A stretch of DNA of 64,000 nucleotides from NCBI GenBank assembly GCA_004764695.1, contig SMSO01000014.1, forward strand, positions 3,839,648 to 3,903,647, read 5' to 3'. Shown here one piece after another: positions 22,388 to 33,308 of the stretch. The notes below the pieces were generated by a model. It made no database searches. It was given only the letters and a program-made list of their open reading frames with translations, and was not told the origin of the DNA. The translations under genes and the position numbers were made by a program. Position 1 is the first letter of the stretch. Every line of letters begins with the position of its first letter. This stretch comes from Schizochytrium sp. TIO01 (taxonomy: Eukaryota; Protista; Bigyra: Labyrinthulomycetes).

Positions 22388-23910
22388 AGACCGTTTGGGG
22401 TATTGTGGCCAGGTAGGACAGCTTTCAGTGGCGAGGCGTCAAGCGTGGTCGCGCCCAGGTGGCGCAGAGAGCAAGGCACGCTTGTGTGTTTTCAACAAGA
22501 GGATTGATTGTGTGCTGTGCCACACTATGAATGAATGAATATGCAGGGCACTGCTAGGTTTTTAATGAGGGTGAGGATGGAAACGTCTATATATTGTGGC
22601 AGACTCACCGTATGCTATGCTATGCTCGAGCAAAGCAAGATTTCATTGTGGACAGACAGACTGACTGGCTGATTATACATGCCGTGGTAGCAGTGCTGCG
22701 TTCATTCGTTTCCAATGTCTGGTTTTCACTGTGATGCGCTAACATGATTTTCATGTACCTTCATGCATCGTCATTTTTTTGACCATTTTCGCGATTTCTT
22801 CAATACCTTTTTTTATTGAATTCAATCGAAGTTGCAATTCTAATTATAAAGCTTTTAATTAAAAATAAAAAGCAGGGGCAATGCTTCTTTCTGATCTCCC
22901 GCCTAGGCTGGACGCCGCTCCTTCTGGTCTGCGAGAGGGAGGGCAGTGCCGCGGTCTGCTCAAACCTGCGCTGATCGCAACGATGGTGGCCCCAATGACT
23001 CGCGAGCGAGCGAGTGAGCAGCAGCGAAGCAGGTTTTCTCTCGACAGCTCTATGCCCTACAATACAATAGCAGTCGGTAAGTTAAGCGGACTATCTATCA
23101 CAGTAAATGTTTAACTTAATTAAAAATAATTTTTTTAAAAATATATATATAAGAAAGAAAAAGAAAAAAAAACTCTACAATTTATTGATAAAGCCGCGGA
23201 AATGATGCTTTCACATCACCTTCGTTTGCAGTTGCATTCGCCCTCCTACTTGGTACCTACCTACCCGCGTGAAGACGTGGGAGGAGACCGGAGCACACCG
23301 GTGCTTGCTTGCTTACTTACTTGCTTGGTCTCACGCTGAGGAGGCGCCCCGGGTCTCCTCTTGGGCTGCCTTTGCCTCGATCCTGCAGCGTTACAGTCGG
23401 CTTTGGTCTGAGAATTGGTTGATTTGATTGTCCAGAAAAGGCCAAGTTATGTAGATAGAAAGAAAGATAGATAGATAGATACAGAGAGAGGGATCGACGA
23501 AGGTGCCTCATTGGACCTGTATCAAGTTCTGAAAAGCAAGCGATTTGCGGCCTCAAATGAATGGCTCCTTTTCTTTGTTTCTTTGTTTCTTTGTTTCTTT
23601 CTTATATTTTAAAGTTATTAATTTGTTTATTTAGATCTTGGAAAGGAAAGGTCACGAAAGGAGGTTCTCGAGCTTTTTTAGGAGTGAAGAAAGTTTGGTT
23701 TCAAGATAGAAGACAGTCATTCATTCATTCATTCATTCACCTATTCGTTCGTTCGTTCATTTGAGACTTGAACTGCTGCGAATCCATTGCACAGAGGTCG
23801 CCGGCAGGCAAAGCAATCTTAAGCAGCTCGAAGCAAGGAGCAAAGGCTTGCCTGGCATTCTGAAATCGATAAACCATCAATTGCCATCGTCGTGGCAGAT
23901 GAATGATGAC

Positions 23911-24088
23911 CAACCAACCAACAAACAAACAAACAAACAAACATACATACATACATACATACATTCTGAGGGAATGGATGGATAATCCATCAATCCATCA
24001 ATCCATGAATCCATCAATTCGAGTAAACTAAACTAAACTAAAGTAAAGAAAACAACAAACAAACAAACAAACAAACAAACAAACAAAG
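23911..24088. repeat. Compound microsatellites (CAAC)n, (CAAA)n, (CATA)n, (ATCCATCA)n, (AAACT)n
   Basis: Directly visible. Confidence 0.85.
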
Positions 24089-25743
24089 ATGGCAACGATC
24101 CTGAAGACTACACTCAATCACAGAAGCAGGGGGAAGTGCTGGTGGAGGACAGCGACGCAGAAGAAAGTCTGTCTGTGCCATGATACGATCGAATGGTCGA
24201 CCTGCGCCCAACAACGCACGGCCTTGGCAGCAGCTGTCAGTTGGCCAGCGATTGGGCGGCAACTTCTTCTGCTTCTTAGAAGGAGAAGAAGACTTCCATC
24301 GCATCGATTGCCTCATTCATTCATTCATTCATTCATTCTTTTGAAGAAGTTCACACATACACAAATATCTATGATGGAAGACTAACTTGAAAGTTGCTAC
24401 AAAACATTGCAAATCTTCACTGCTGTGCGACTTTGGAGACGGAGAGATGGATAGATCCTAGTTTATGGCAAGAGGTCTCGAACCTCAATGGTAGAAGCAG
24501 TAGCAGGTGTGGACGTGGAGCCGTCGTGAGCTTGAGATGCCTTATGACCTCTTAGAAAGTTCGTCGAGAAGAGGGAATAGAATGTCGATGGAAAGACCGC
24601 AGACCACCCAAAGAAAGGAAGGACTCGAGAGAGGAAAGAAAAGTTAAAGTTAACAAACCTGTTCAATCAATGAAACAATGCGAATAAAACACTTCCTTCC
24701 CTCTTCCCTCTTTCCTTTTAAAATTAAAATTAAAAATTAAAATTAAAATTAAAATTTTGATTATTGCTAATTTTAGAATAAATATATATAATTCTTTTCT
24801 AAAAGGATGAACGAATTGTGACATGGGATACATCGAAACGATATCGAAGAGAACGAAGCCAGCTTTCTCAAGATCAATCGATCATCTTCCCTGACCCCCG
24901 CACAGAATCATAAACCGTCCCCTTGTCCTAACTTTATCCAGTTGCCAAGGGCACAGCGGTTTGTTCCGCTCGACTTTTTGCTCCAATTGCTCTTCAGGGA
25001 AGCGCTTGCTTTGTTCGATTATTTCCAAAAAGCAAGAAAAATTCATTCGTTCGCTGCTCTTGTACAAGGATGCGATTGCATTGCATGCAATTCATGAGGC
25101 GAGGTTAGCTATCTACGGCCGTCGCGGAGATAGCCAACTCGGTGTCATTGACACGCTTCGACTTCGCTGGAACTCTCTTGGGTTGTTTGTAATAATTAGC
25201 ACGCCCGGCGACTGATGTATGCGTTTCTGGTGAATGAAGGGGTGAGCCCTTTGCTGGTTTCCTGCGCCATCAATACTACTTCTAAAGGTACTGCCTAATG
25301 TATGGTAAGATTGAGCGAGCGCTTTGATCTCAGAATCAAGAATTCAAGACAAGCAACAACTTGAAGATTGGAAATGCTCCTGCCTCGTGGTGCTTGGAAA
25401 CTAGAAAACACGAGGTGCCAACGACGATAAGTTGTCAATAAGTGCCACAAAGATCCATGAAGCGGGCGGCGTTTGTACGAAGAAGACACCGCAATTGATT
25501 TGCAATTGATAGGATCTAGGAAAATGGTTTTATTGAGCTCTTCTCTTCTCTTTTCTTTTGTCGATATTCTTTTCAATTCGCGATTCCTTTTAAAGTTTTC
25601 TTGTTTTCAGAGTTGTTTCCTAAAGTTCTCCCTTTCACCTCAGTTCTTTGTTTCTTTTTAATTTTTAGTTGTTTTTTTCATTTCGAGGGGGGGGCAAGCC
25701 AAAGAAAACCTCCCTTCTTCGCGATCTTCCCTCTCGATACATC

Positions 25744-25896
25744 ATGAAAAAGAAGGAAACGAATCGTCATCGTCGTCGTCGTCGCTTACCACTGCTAATC
25801 ATATCCGCAACTGTTTCGAACAAGCTCAATGTCGCTGAGTTCCACCTTCGCATTGCCGCCAAAGAGCGCTCTTCCGCTGCCGTAGCTTTTTGGTAG
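25744..25896 (+). promoter_or_regulatory. 50-aa ORF with an Arg run (MKKKETNRHRRRRRLPLL...), candidate uORF upstream of argininosuccinate synthase
   Basis: catcATG at 25744, CGT CAT CGT CGT CGT CGT CGC, stop TAG at 25894-25896; starts about 950 nt upstream of the ASS ATG. Confidence 0.3.
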
Positions 25897-26448
25897 GCAA
25901 CCAATAGAGGGAGGTAGCAATAATAGTAGCAGGACTTGGGCCTTGAAAAGAAAAAAGAAAAAAGAAAAAAAAAAAAAAAACAGGCAAAAGAAAAGCCTTT
26001 CTATTTGTTCTTAGTTTTTTCTTTCTTTTCTTTTCTTTTCTTTAGCTAGCTAGCATACTCCTACCGCCGCTGCTAGCATACAGGTAGTTGAATGTTTTCA
26101 GCGATTCTGTTTTGGTGATTCAACCTTTCTTTCGAGTTCAAGTGTTTCTCCCGTACAAATGAATGAAGACAAATAAGATTCGTGATATACGTGCAATGAG
26201 TACATCAGAATCATCATTCCATTAGCTCGCATCGCATCCCAAGACACCGATTTGTTTATTATGCCCACCTGCCTCAGAGTAGCTAGCTAGCAGCAGCAGT
26301 AGTACGTCGCCTTGGAATGAATCACTTTCGTAAATTACCTCGCTGGCCTAGGCGGTGCTAGCTTTTCGGGTAGGAGGCCGAGCGCTCTGAGGCTGCCAAG
26401 CAATTGCTGACCAGGCATAATAGATAGGATACTGAGTGAGTGATAAGG

Positions 26449-26631
26449 TAAAGCAAAGCCATGCAAAGTAAAGCAAAGCAAAGTAAAGTAAAGTAAAGTA
26501 AAGCAAAGCAAAGTAAAGTAAAGAAATGTAAAGTAAAGTAAAGTAAAGCAAAGTAAAGTAAAGTAAAGTAAAGCAATATAAAGCAAAGTAAAGTAAAGCA
26601 AAGTAAAGTGAGGTGAGGTGAAGTAAAGTGA
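26449..26631. repeat. Pentanucleotide array (AAAGT/AAAGC)n, drifting to GAGGT, directly upstream of ASS
   Basis: About 35 units visible; ends about 60 nt before the ATG at 26691. Confidence 0.95.
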
Positions 26632-26690
26632 GAGGCAAGCAAACCCGAAAAGCCTAAGCAAGTCGCTTTGAAGCTTCTCCGCTAGTGACC

Positions 26691-28079
26691 ATGCTCGCCT
26701 CCGCCCTCCGCGCTCGCAGCGTTGCTGCCACCGGCCGCCTCGCTGCCCGCAGCCTCTCGACTGCCAGCGGCAAGCCGTTCAACCGCACCGAGTTCCGCAA
26801 GCCGGATGAGAGCAAGCCCAAGCTCGTTCTCGCATACTCTGGTGGCCTCGACACGAGCACTCAGCTCGCCTACCTCGTGAACGAGCTCGGCTTTGAGGTT
26901 GCTGCCTACATCGCTGACCTCGGCCAGGATGACGTCATCACCGATGCTGCCAAGGAGGAGATCAAGAAGAAGGCTGAGCTCAGCGGAGCCTACGCCTTTT
27001 ACTGCGAGGACCTTCGCGAGGAGTTCGTCGAGGACTTTGTGTACCCCATGATCGCCGCCAACGCCATCTACGAGGGACGCTACCTTCTCGGTACCTCCAT
27101 CGCTCGCCCCTGCATCGGCAAGCGCCAGGTCGAGATCGCCCACAACGAGAACGCCACCCACATCAGCCACGGCTCCACCGGCAAGGGTAACGACCAGGTT
27201 CGCTTCGAGCTCTGCTACCTCGGCATGGACCCCAAGCTCAAGTGCGTGACCCTCTGGCGTCAGCCTGAGTACTGCGAGAAGTTCCAGGGTCGCCAGGACC
27301 TCCTCGAGTACGCCCAGAAGTTCAACATCCCCGTGACTGCCACCAAGAAGCACTCTTACAGTGAGGATGAGAACCTTCTCCACATCTCCTACGAGTCTGG
27401 TGAACTCGAGGACCCTGCCTTCCCCGGCTCTGAGGACTACCCTGGCCTCGTGCTCAAGAAGAAGTCCAAGGACATCATGGACACCCCCGACACCCCCGTG
27501 GACCTCCTCATTTCCTTCAAGTCCGGTATCCCCAGCAAGGTTGTCAACAAGACCGACGGCACTGAGGTCACCGGATCCCTTGAGATGTTCCAGTACTTGA
27601 ACAAGATCGGTGGCGAGCACGGTGTTGGCCGCATTGATATTGTTGAGAACCGTTACGTTGGTCTCAAGTCCCGTGGCTGCTACGAGACCCCCGGTGGATC
27701 CATCCTCTACGCTGCCCACCACGACCTCGAGCTTCTCTGCCTTGACCGCGAGGTTATGCGCATCCGTGACCAGCTTGCTCTTAAGTACGCCGAGCTCGTC
27801 TACAACGGATTCTGGTTCTCCCCCGAGATGGCCTACCTCAAGCACTCCATGGAATACGCTCAGCGCACCGTCACCGGTGAGGCCCACATCCGTCTCCACA
27901 AGGCCAACATCATGTGCCGCGGCCGCTCCTCCCCTAACTCCCTCTACTCCACCGCCCTCGTCAGCATGGACGAGCACGGAGGCTTTGACCCCACCGCCGG
28001 CACTGGCTTCATCAACACGCTCGCTAACCGCCTCAAGGCTACCAAGAAGCGTGACACTGACTTTGGCACCGAATGGTAA
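26691..28079 (+). CDS. ASS1: Argininosuccinate synthase with an N-terminal mitochondrial-type presequence, 462 aa
   Basis: LAYSGGLDTS, YEGRYLLGTSIARP, HGSTGKGNDQVRFE and GRIDIVENRYVGLKSRGCYETPG. Extreme C/G-ending codon bias suggests high expression. Confidence 0.98.
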   Translation: MLASALRARSVAATGRLAARSLSTASGKPFNRTEFRKPDESKPKLVLAYSGGLDTSTQLAYLVNELGFEVAAYIADLGQDDVITDAAKEEIKKKAELSGAYAFYCEDLREEFVEDFVYPMIAANAIYEGRYLLGTSIARPCIGKRQVEIAHNENATHISHGSTGKGNDQVRFELCYLGMDPKLKCVTLWRQPEYCEKFQGRQDLLEYAQKFNIPVTATKKHSYSEDENLLHISYESGELEDPAFPGSEDYPGLVLKKKSKDIMDTPDTPVDLLISFKSGIPSKVVNKTDGTEVTGSLEMFQYLNKIGGEHGVGRIDIVENRYVGLKSRGCYETPGGSILYAAHHDLELLCLDREVMRIRDQLALKYAELVYNGFWFSPEMAYLKHSMEYAQRTVTGEAHIRLHKANIMCRGRSSPNSLYSTALVSMDEHGGFDPTAGTGFINTLANRLKATKKRDTDFGTEW

Positions 28080-28864
28080 ACTTTTGCAAATTTCTTCACT
28101 ACTACAAACTTCTGTTTCATCTCGCGTTCAGTCGCGACCCGTCCGGCATGAACAACTGTCGCAACAACAAAATACCAAAAGTATCCTTTCCTTTTTTCTG
28201 ATCGATGATCCATTGATTGATAATACCTGCTTTGTTTCTTCATTTCCCGCTTTCATTCATTGAAACCAACTTCCTGTGGAGAATTGTAGTGTAGTACTTG
28301 TAATTCACTCCTCTTCTCCACGTGCAATACCCCACAGCTTTATCAGATGTAGCTAGATTAGTTGTTAGCATCTGCTTCAATGGCCTCGAAAACCAACACG
28401 CACTTCATATTAACTTGATCCACCTGAGTCGAAATATAAGCAAGACCTTGTTCATCAGAAGGCTGGCGTTTCCTATTACACCTCGTAGGTACCTAGGTAG
28501 TACTGTTTTGCGAAGAGAAAAAATCGATCTATATATATACATGGTCGAGCAAAGGATTTATTTATTTACGAGCATTAAGAAGCTGCCTTTTGTTTGCTTT
28601 TTAGATTTATTTCTATTTTTATTTTTTTTCAAAATGTGGTGTGGATCTACACACAGCTGTACCGCGAGAACCGTTTGTATTCAATATATATTATTTCCTT
28701 GTTTTCGGGTTTGGTTTGGTTTGGTTTGATCTTGAAAAAGAGAAATGAAGAAAAGATAAGAATACCACAAAACATAATGGTACTACTACCAACTAATTTA
28801 CACGGCCTTTAAATCATGGATTGGTTAACTTAACCTCACTTAACCTCATCAAACTGTATATCTT

Positions 28865-31800
28865 TTAATACGAAGTTACATTTGTCTCACAGCAGCTCCT
28901 CGAGGTTTTACAAGTAGCTACGACATTTTCTCCACAGAACACGCAAGTATATGAACCTGGTGGCGCGTAGTACGAGTCAGGGCATTCCAAGGGCTCAATT
29001 GATCCCTCTGGACAATATGAACCTGCAGGGCAGTAATCAAAACAACGGTCCAAACCCTGTGAAGAACCATACGTTCCAGCAGGGCACGGGGTCTTGATGC
29101 CTTGTCGGCAGTATGAACCAGCAGGACACTGAATTTGTACAGTGCGATCTTTGTTTGTGTAATATCCTGGTGCAGATATCCGTGGCTGGGGACTACCCAA
29201 TGGACAAAAAAGCATTGCCTCAGAGTTATCTAAGCCACGAGGTAAATTAGGCACAATAAAATCCTTCTGTTGAAACAACCTAGTAACCGTCGGAACAGGC
29301 TGGTAATTTCCTTCATCATCTTTCTCATAATGAACCGACGGTACTGGGCCAACATGGCGACCAAGGTATCCTTGTTCCCACTCTGAAGATGGGTACGCTC
29401 CACACTGCAACTCACGAACAGGACGCTGATCGACTTGATAAAAATACCTTGTCACCTCATAGGCATTCAGGATCTGCTCCGAAGAAAGGTGTGTATTCCA
29501 ATGTAAAATACCGCCATACACTGCATCACTAGAACGACCACCATAGAGCATTGAAACATTTAAACTTTGATCGACTATTCCACGGTCATCACCATTATTA
29601 TCTTGCTCCCACACAAGTCGAGGTGCATCGTCTGGGTTCGCAAAGTAGGCTTCTGACGAAGAGTTTGCGCCTCCAGATGCGAGACAGTAAAAATTCCAGT
29701 CATCTTTGGCAACAACAATGCCTTCATGTCCGTAGCCACCCATATTAGGTCCAGAGCTTACATACAAGCGGTCACGATATGACCAATGGGTACCAATGAG
29801 AAAATAATCATTATCAGCTTCTTCTTTCGACAAGCCATCAAGTCCGTAGATATCCTCACTCAAGAATTTTTTCCAAAAACATAGAGTTTTTGAACCATTC
29901 CCTGGTCGCCAGCCTGTCGTAAGGTATTCATCTTCACTTTGAGAGCGGAAGCCATATTCCTCAGCGTCCCATTGCATAGTATTAGTGATATTGTATAGAC
30001 CTCTCTTGTCGTAGGCCATGTTCCATAAAGTTGGGTCCAATTCCTGGTGAGACCAAATTACAGAAAACTCGAAGAACTGTTCGGGGTAAACCTCAAGCAA
30101 ATGAACTAAACACGACCTATCAATGACATTGTCAGCACGGAAGGTTTGACGGTCTTTGGTGAGCCCAAGGGCATCAGCACATGTCCATGTCTCAGCTTCA
30201 ACTGTACCCTCAGGACAAAAGTAACCTGCTGGACACGCCCCCGAACAAGATGGGCTACCGAGCCCTGTTCGGTCACCGTATGTTCCAGCCGGGCAAGCTC
30301 GTTTAACTCCATCTTTGCAGTACGCTCCTACTTCACAAACGTATTGCCAGGATCGCTCTTCCGTAGTGTAATAGCCATTTCGAGTGGGGCGCGGAGCCCC
30401 GGAGCCCAGTGGACAGAACACAGCTGGGCTCTCACAGGGAAACGCTCGAGCTTCCACCGAAGCTTCAGGACAGTAATAACCTGCCGGACACCTCGCAGAG
30501 CAAAGCGATGTAGAGAGACCTTGCTTAGCACCATAAGTCCCTGGAGGGCAAGGGCGCATCTCCCCGTTTACACAGTAATGACCAAGCTCGCATGGAAGCT
30601 CGCTGGATTTGTCCTCACTTACATAGTAGCCTACCTGCACTGGAAAAGGTGATCCGGAGCCTTGTGGGCAATACCAGTCAGGTGTAGGACATTCAAATTG
30701 TCTACTGGAATGTGAAGCTGCAGGGCAGAAATACCCAGGTTCGCAAACCCCAGAGCAGTCCATTGTAATGAGACCCTCGAATGATCCATACGATCCGGGG
30801 GGGCACTCATATCGATCACCAAGAATGCAAAAGTGCCCCTTCTCGCAAAGTCTAGCGACGCTACGATTCATAGGTTCCCCGATAATTGTAAAACTAGCAT
30901 AGTACAGAGCATTATACTCCATAACGATACAATATGGGTCCGATAAGCTATAGTCGCACGACATCATGGTTGACTTGCGAGCAGCGCCTGTCAAAGTATC
31001 TGTGTAGTAGCCTTCAGGGACAGCGAGGGGGCTCGTAGCATCTGCTGCAGGGCAGTAACGATCCGGCCCACCGCATTCTGTAATATTTTCTGCATAGCAA
31101 AAATACCCGGCTTGACATGGTGTGCATTGATTCTGAGAAGATAATCCAATAGTGTCAGGGTTTGCGCTTCCTGCGGGACATGGAAAAACAAGCCCGTTCA
31201 TGCAATATGACCCTATAGGGCATTCGATCTGCATAGACCGATTTAATGGGGAGTAAAACCCTGCGTCAACAAGAACTGGAGCTGAAGAAGCCTCAGGACA
31301 ATAGGTGGAGGGACCACCACACGGAATTTCTTCAGGGCTTACGCTTGCAAGGGGACAATAGAAACCAGCTCGGCAAATGCCAGAGCAAGCTGAGTCTGAC
31401 AGCTCTCGTGCATTTCCGTATGTTCCGCCAGGGCAAGGGCTCCGAATTCCATCTTTGCAATAGTATCCGCGTTCGCAAATCCGCTCTTCCTGAGCATCCA
31501 TATCAACGTAACGACCTTCTGAAACTTTTTGCGGCGATGATGAACCCTCAGGACAGAAGCTCACGTTATCGAGAGGACATGGGATTGGGATACCATCGTT
31601 TTTGCAAAAGAAACCTTTTGGGCAAAGTTCGAGCACATTACTGGTACATATAAATCCAAGCTTAGGCACGCATACTTCTTCAATTATTTTATTTGAAGAC
31701 CCATCGCTTACAATACTAAGTTGAACGTTCATTTGAGGAACCGCATAAGCGTGGACAGCTACTTTAGGTCGAATAGTGCCTACAGGACAGCTTGCGTCCG

Positions 31801-32083
31801 CTGGACAAGCTTTACAAGATTTTTGCCCTACTAAATCATTATAGGTTCCTGCAGGGCATATGGTTTTCGTTCCGCTTACGCATTTGTGTCCTGGGGGGCA
31901 TACACGGGTGCCTCCGGTGCTTTCATAGGTTGCTAAATTGTTAACTTTATGCCCATTATTCACAACCCCTACCGCATGAGCGAAGGGTAGATCATAAAGA
32001 GCTTGGATGACAGTAAGTGCAGTGAGCATAAGAAGTTTGACGGAACTCGGTTTCCGCCATGGCGTATTGTGTCTTCGTGTCAT
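28865..32083 (-). CDS. Secreted/surface cysteine-rich repeat protein (GCC2/GCC3, ephrin-receptor-like Cys repeats) with an internal ConA/LamG-like domain, 1072 aa
   Basis: Hydrophobic N-terminal signal-like segment; many CPxGxYC / CPAGTYG..GL...CSG.C.AG(Y/F)(Y/F)CP repeats; a non-repetitive W/Y-rich insert of about 225 aa ending WNTHLSSEQILNAY. Confidence 0.85.
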   Translation of the reverse strand: MTRRHNTPWRKPSSVKLLMLTALTVIQALYDLPFAHAVGVVNNGHKVNNLATYESTGGTRVCPPGHKCVSGTKTICPAGTYNDLVGQKSCKACPADASCPVGTIRPKVAVHAYAVPQMNVQLSIVSDGSSNKIIEEVCVPKLGFICTSNVLELCPKGFFCKNDGIPIPCPLDNVSFCPEGSSSPQKVSEGRYVDMDAQEERICERGYYCKDGIRSPCPGGTYGNARELSDSACSGICRAGFYCPLASVSPEEIPCGGPSTYCPEASSAPVLVDAGFYSPLNRSMQIECPIGSYCMNGLVFPCPAGSANPDTIGLSSQNQCTPCQAGYFCYAENITECGGPDRYCPAADATSPLAVPEGYYTDTLTGAARKSTMMSCDYSLSDPYCIVMEYNALYYASFTIIGEPMNRSVARLCEKGHFCILGDRYECPPGSYGSFEGLITMDCSGVCEPGYFCPAASHSSRQFECPTPDWYCPQGSGSPFPVQVGYYVSEDKSSELPCELGHYCVNGEMRPCPPGTYGAKQGLSTSLCSARCPAGYYCPEASVEARAFPCESPAVFCPLGSGAPRPTRNGYYTTEERSWQYVCEVGAYCKDGVKRACPAGTYGDRTGLGSPSCSGACPAGYFCPEGTVEAETWTCADALGLTKDRQTFRADNVIDRSCLVHLLEVYPEQFFEFSVIWSHQELDPTLWNMAYDKRGLYNITNTMQWDAEEYGFRSQSEDEYLTTGWRPGNGSKTLCFWKKFLSEDIYGLDGLSKEEADNDYFLIGTHWSYRDRLYVSSGPNMGGYGHEGIVVAKDDWNFYCLASGGANSSSEAYFANPDDAPRLVWEQDNNGDDRGIVDQSLNVSMLYGGRSSDAVYGGILHWNTHLSSEQILNAYEVTRYFYQVDQRPVRELQCGAYPSSEWEQGYLGRHVGPVPSVHYEKDDEGNYQPVPTVTRLFQQKDFIVPNLPRGLDNSEAMLFCPLGSPQPRISAPGYYTNKDRTVQIQCPAGSYCRQGIKTPCPAGTYGSSQGLDRCFDYCPAGSYCPEGSIEPLECPDSYYAPPGSYTCVFCGENVVATCKTSRSCCETNVTSY

Positions 32084-33308
32084 TGACCTGAATTCCGAAA
32101 GCAGAGATACAAAATTCCTCTGGAAGAGGGCTACCCGCCTCTCTCAGGTTTTGAGCAGCAGTATGAGCATAGAGCTGCACTATACGTCCTGGGTAGCAGC
32201 GCAGCTTATAGCTCTTGTTTTTATTTCAAAATTTTGCTCATCTGACATAGTAAACCGACTTATAATTCACTTATAAAAGGGTCTAACGGCTATTTTCTTT
32301 ATTTTTATTTTTTATAACAACTTGAATGAAGTACTAAAGCCTATTCCCAATTTTCGAAAGCTATGGAAAATGAGCACGCATTTTCTCAGGAACCAAAAAG
32401 ATAAGATCAGGGTAGTTTTCAAAACCAGGATAGCAATGACACTAGGATTTTTTGGATGGAAAAAAGGTGAACGAGGTGCGGACGTTAAACGATCGTCTGC
32501 CTCCACTTCACACATGCATCCTGGAAAAAATTTAACAGGAGCTAGTGTACGATTATCCCAAATGAGAACCAATAGGTACTTGGAACAAGAATGGAACTTA
32601 TTCTGGTTTTCACTTGATAAAATGAAAACTATAGAATAAAGTCTATAAGGGAAGCACGAAGAACTACACATCTAGATCTCGCAGCAAAGAATCCAAATCC
32701 AATCTCAAAGGAAATGATTGGATTCAGCTAACCTGAAAATCGTGAGAACAATGACTTATAACTTAGCAAAGACATTGTTTTGGTTATTTTGGGAAGCCTA
32801 TGTTCTCTCCATTTGCAAAAGGGATGAAATGGATAGAAATATTTCCCTTTGTTTGCAGTGTTGGTCACCTCACTTAGCTTGTTCTTGACATCAATCCCAT
32901 GAAGAAGCCTATTTTGAAATCTGGTGATTTTATTTAAGTATGTCCACAGGTGATTTTTTACGAAAAGAAATAAAGAAAAAGATCTACTTGTCAGTTGTCT
33001 AATATCTCTCCTTTTTTAATTCTAAAAATATTTAATTTAAAAAATCGAGAAAAGAGACAAAGTGACTTCGTATTTGCATTCCGTGGTTGCTTCGAGCAAA
33101 GGTCAGCAAGATAAAAGAAAGCAGCGACCGCGAAAACGATAAGATTTACCGTGTGCCCCCCCCCCTTGTGGCTGCTCTTCGCTAACTCACTGCAAAGGCA
33201 AACGCGAATGTTGCTTTTAATAAGACGATCGGCGCCAAGGGCCATATGAAAATTTAGCGTAGATGTAAGCTTGCAGTGATCTACAGCGACGTATTCATAT
33301 ACCCGAAT

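Noticed and set aside
26335-26661. Hydrophobic LLYFT-repeat ORFs in three minus frames
   Set aside because: Translation of the (AAAGT)n microsatellite.
26682-27977. 431-aa antisense ORF over ASS
   Set aside because: Mirror of a strongly codon-biased gene; no independent motifs.
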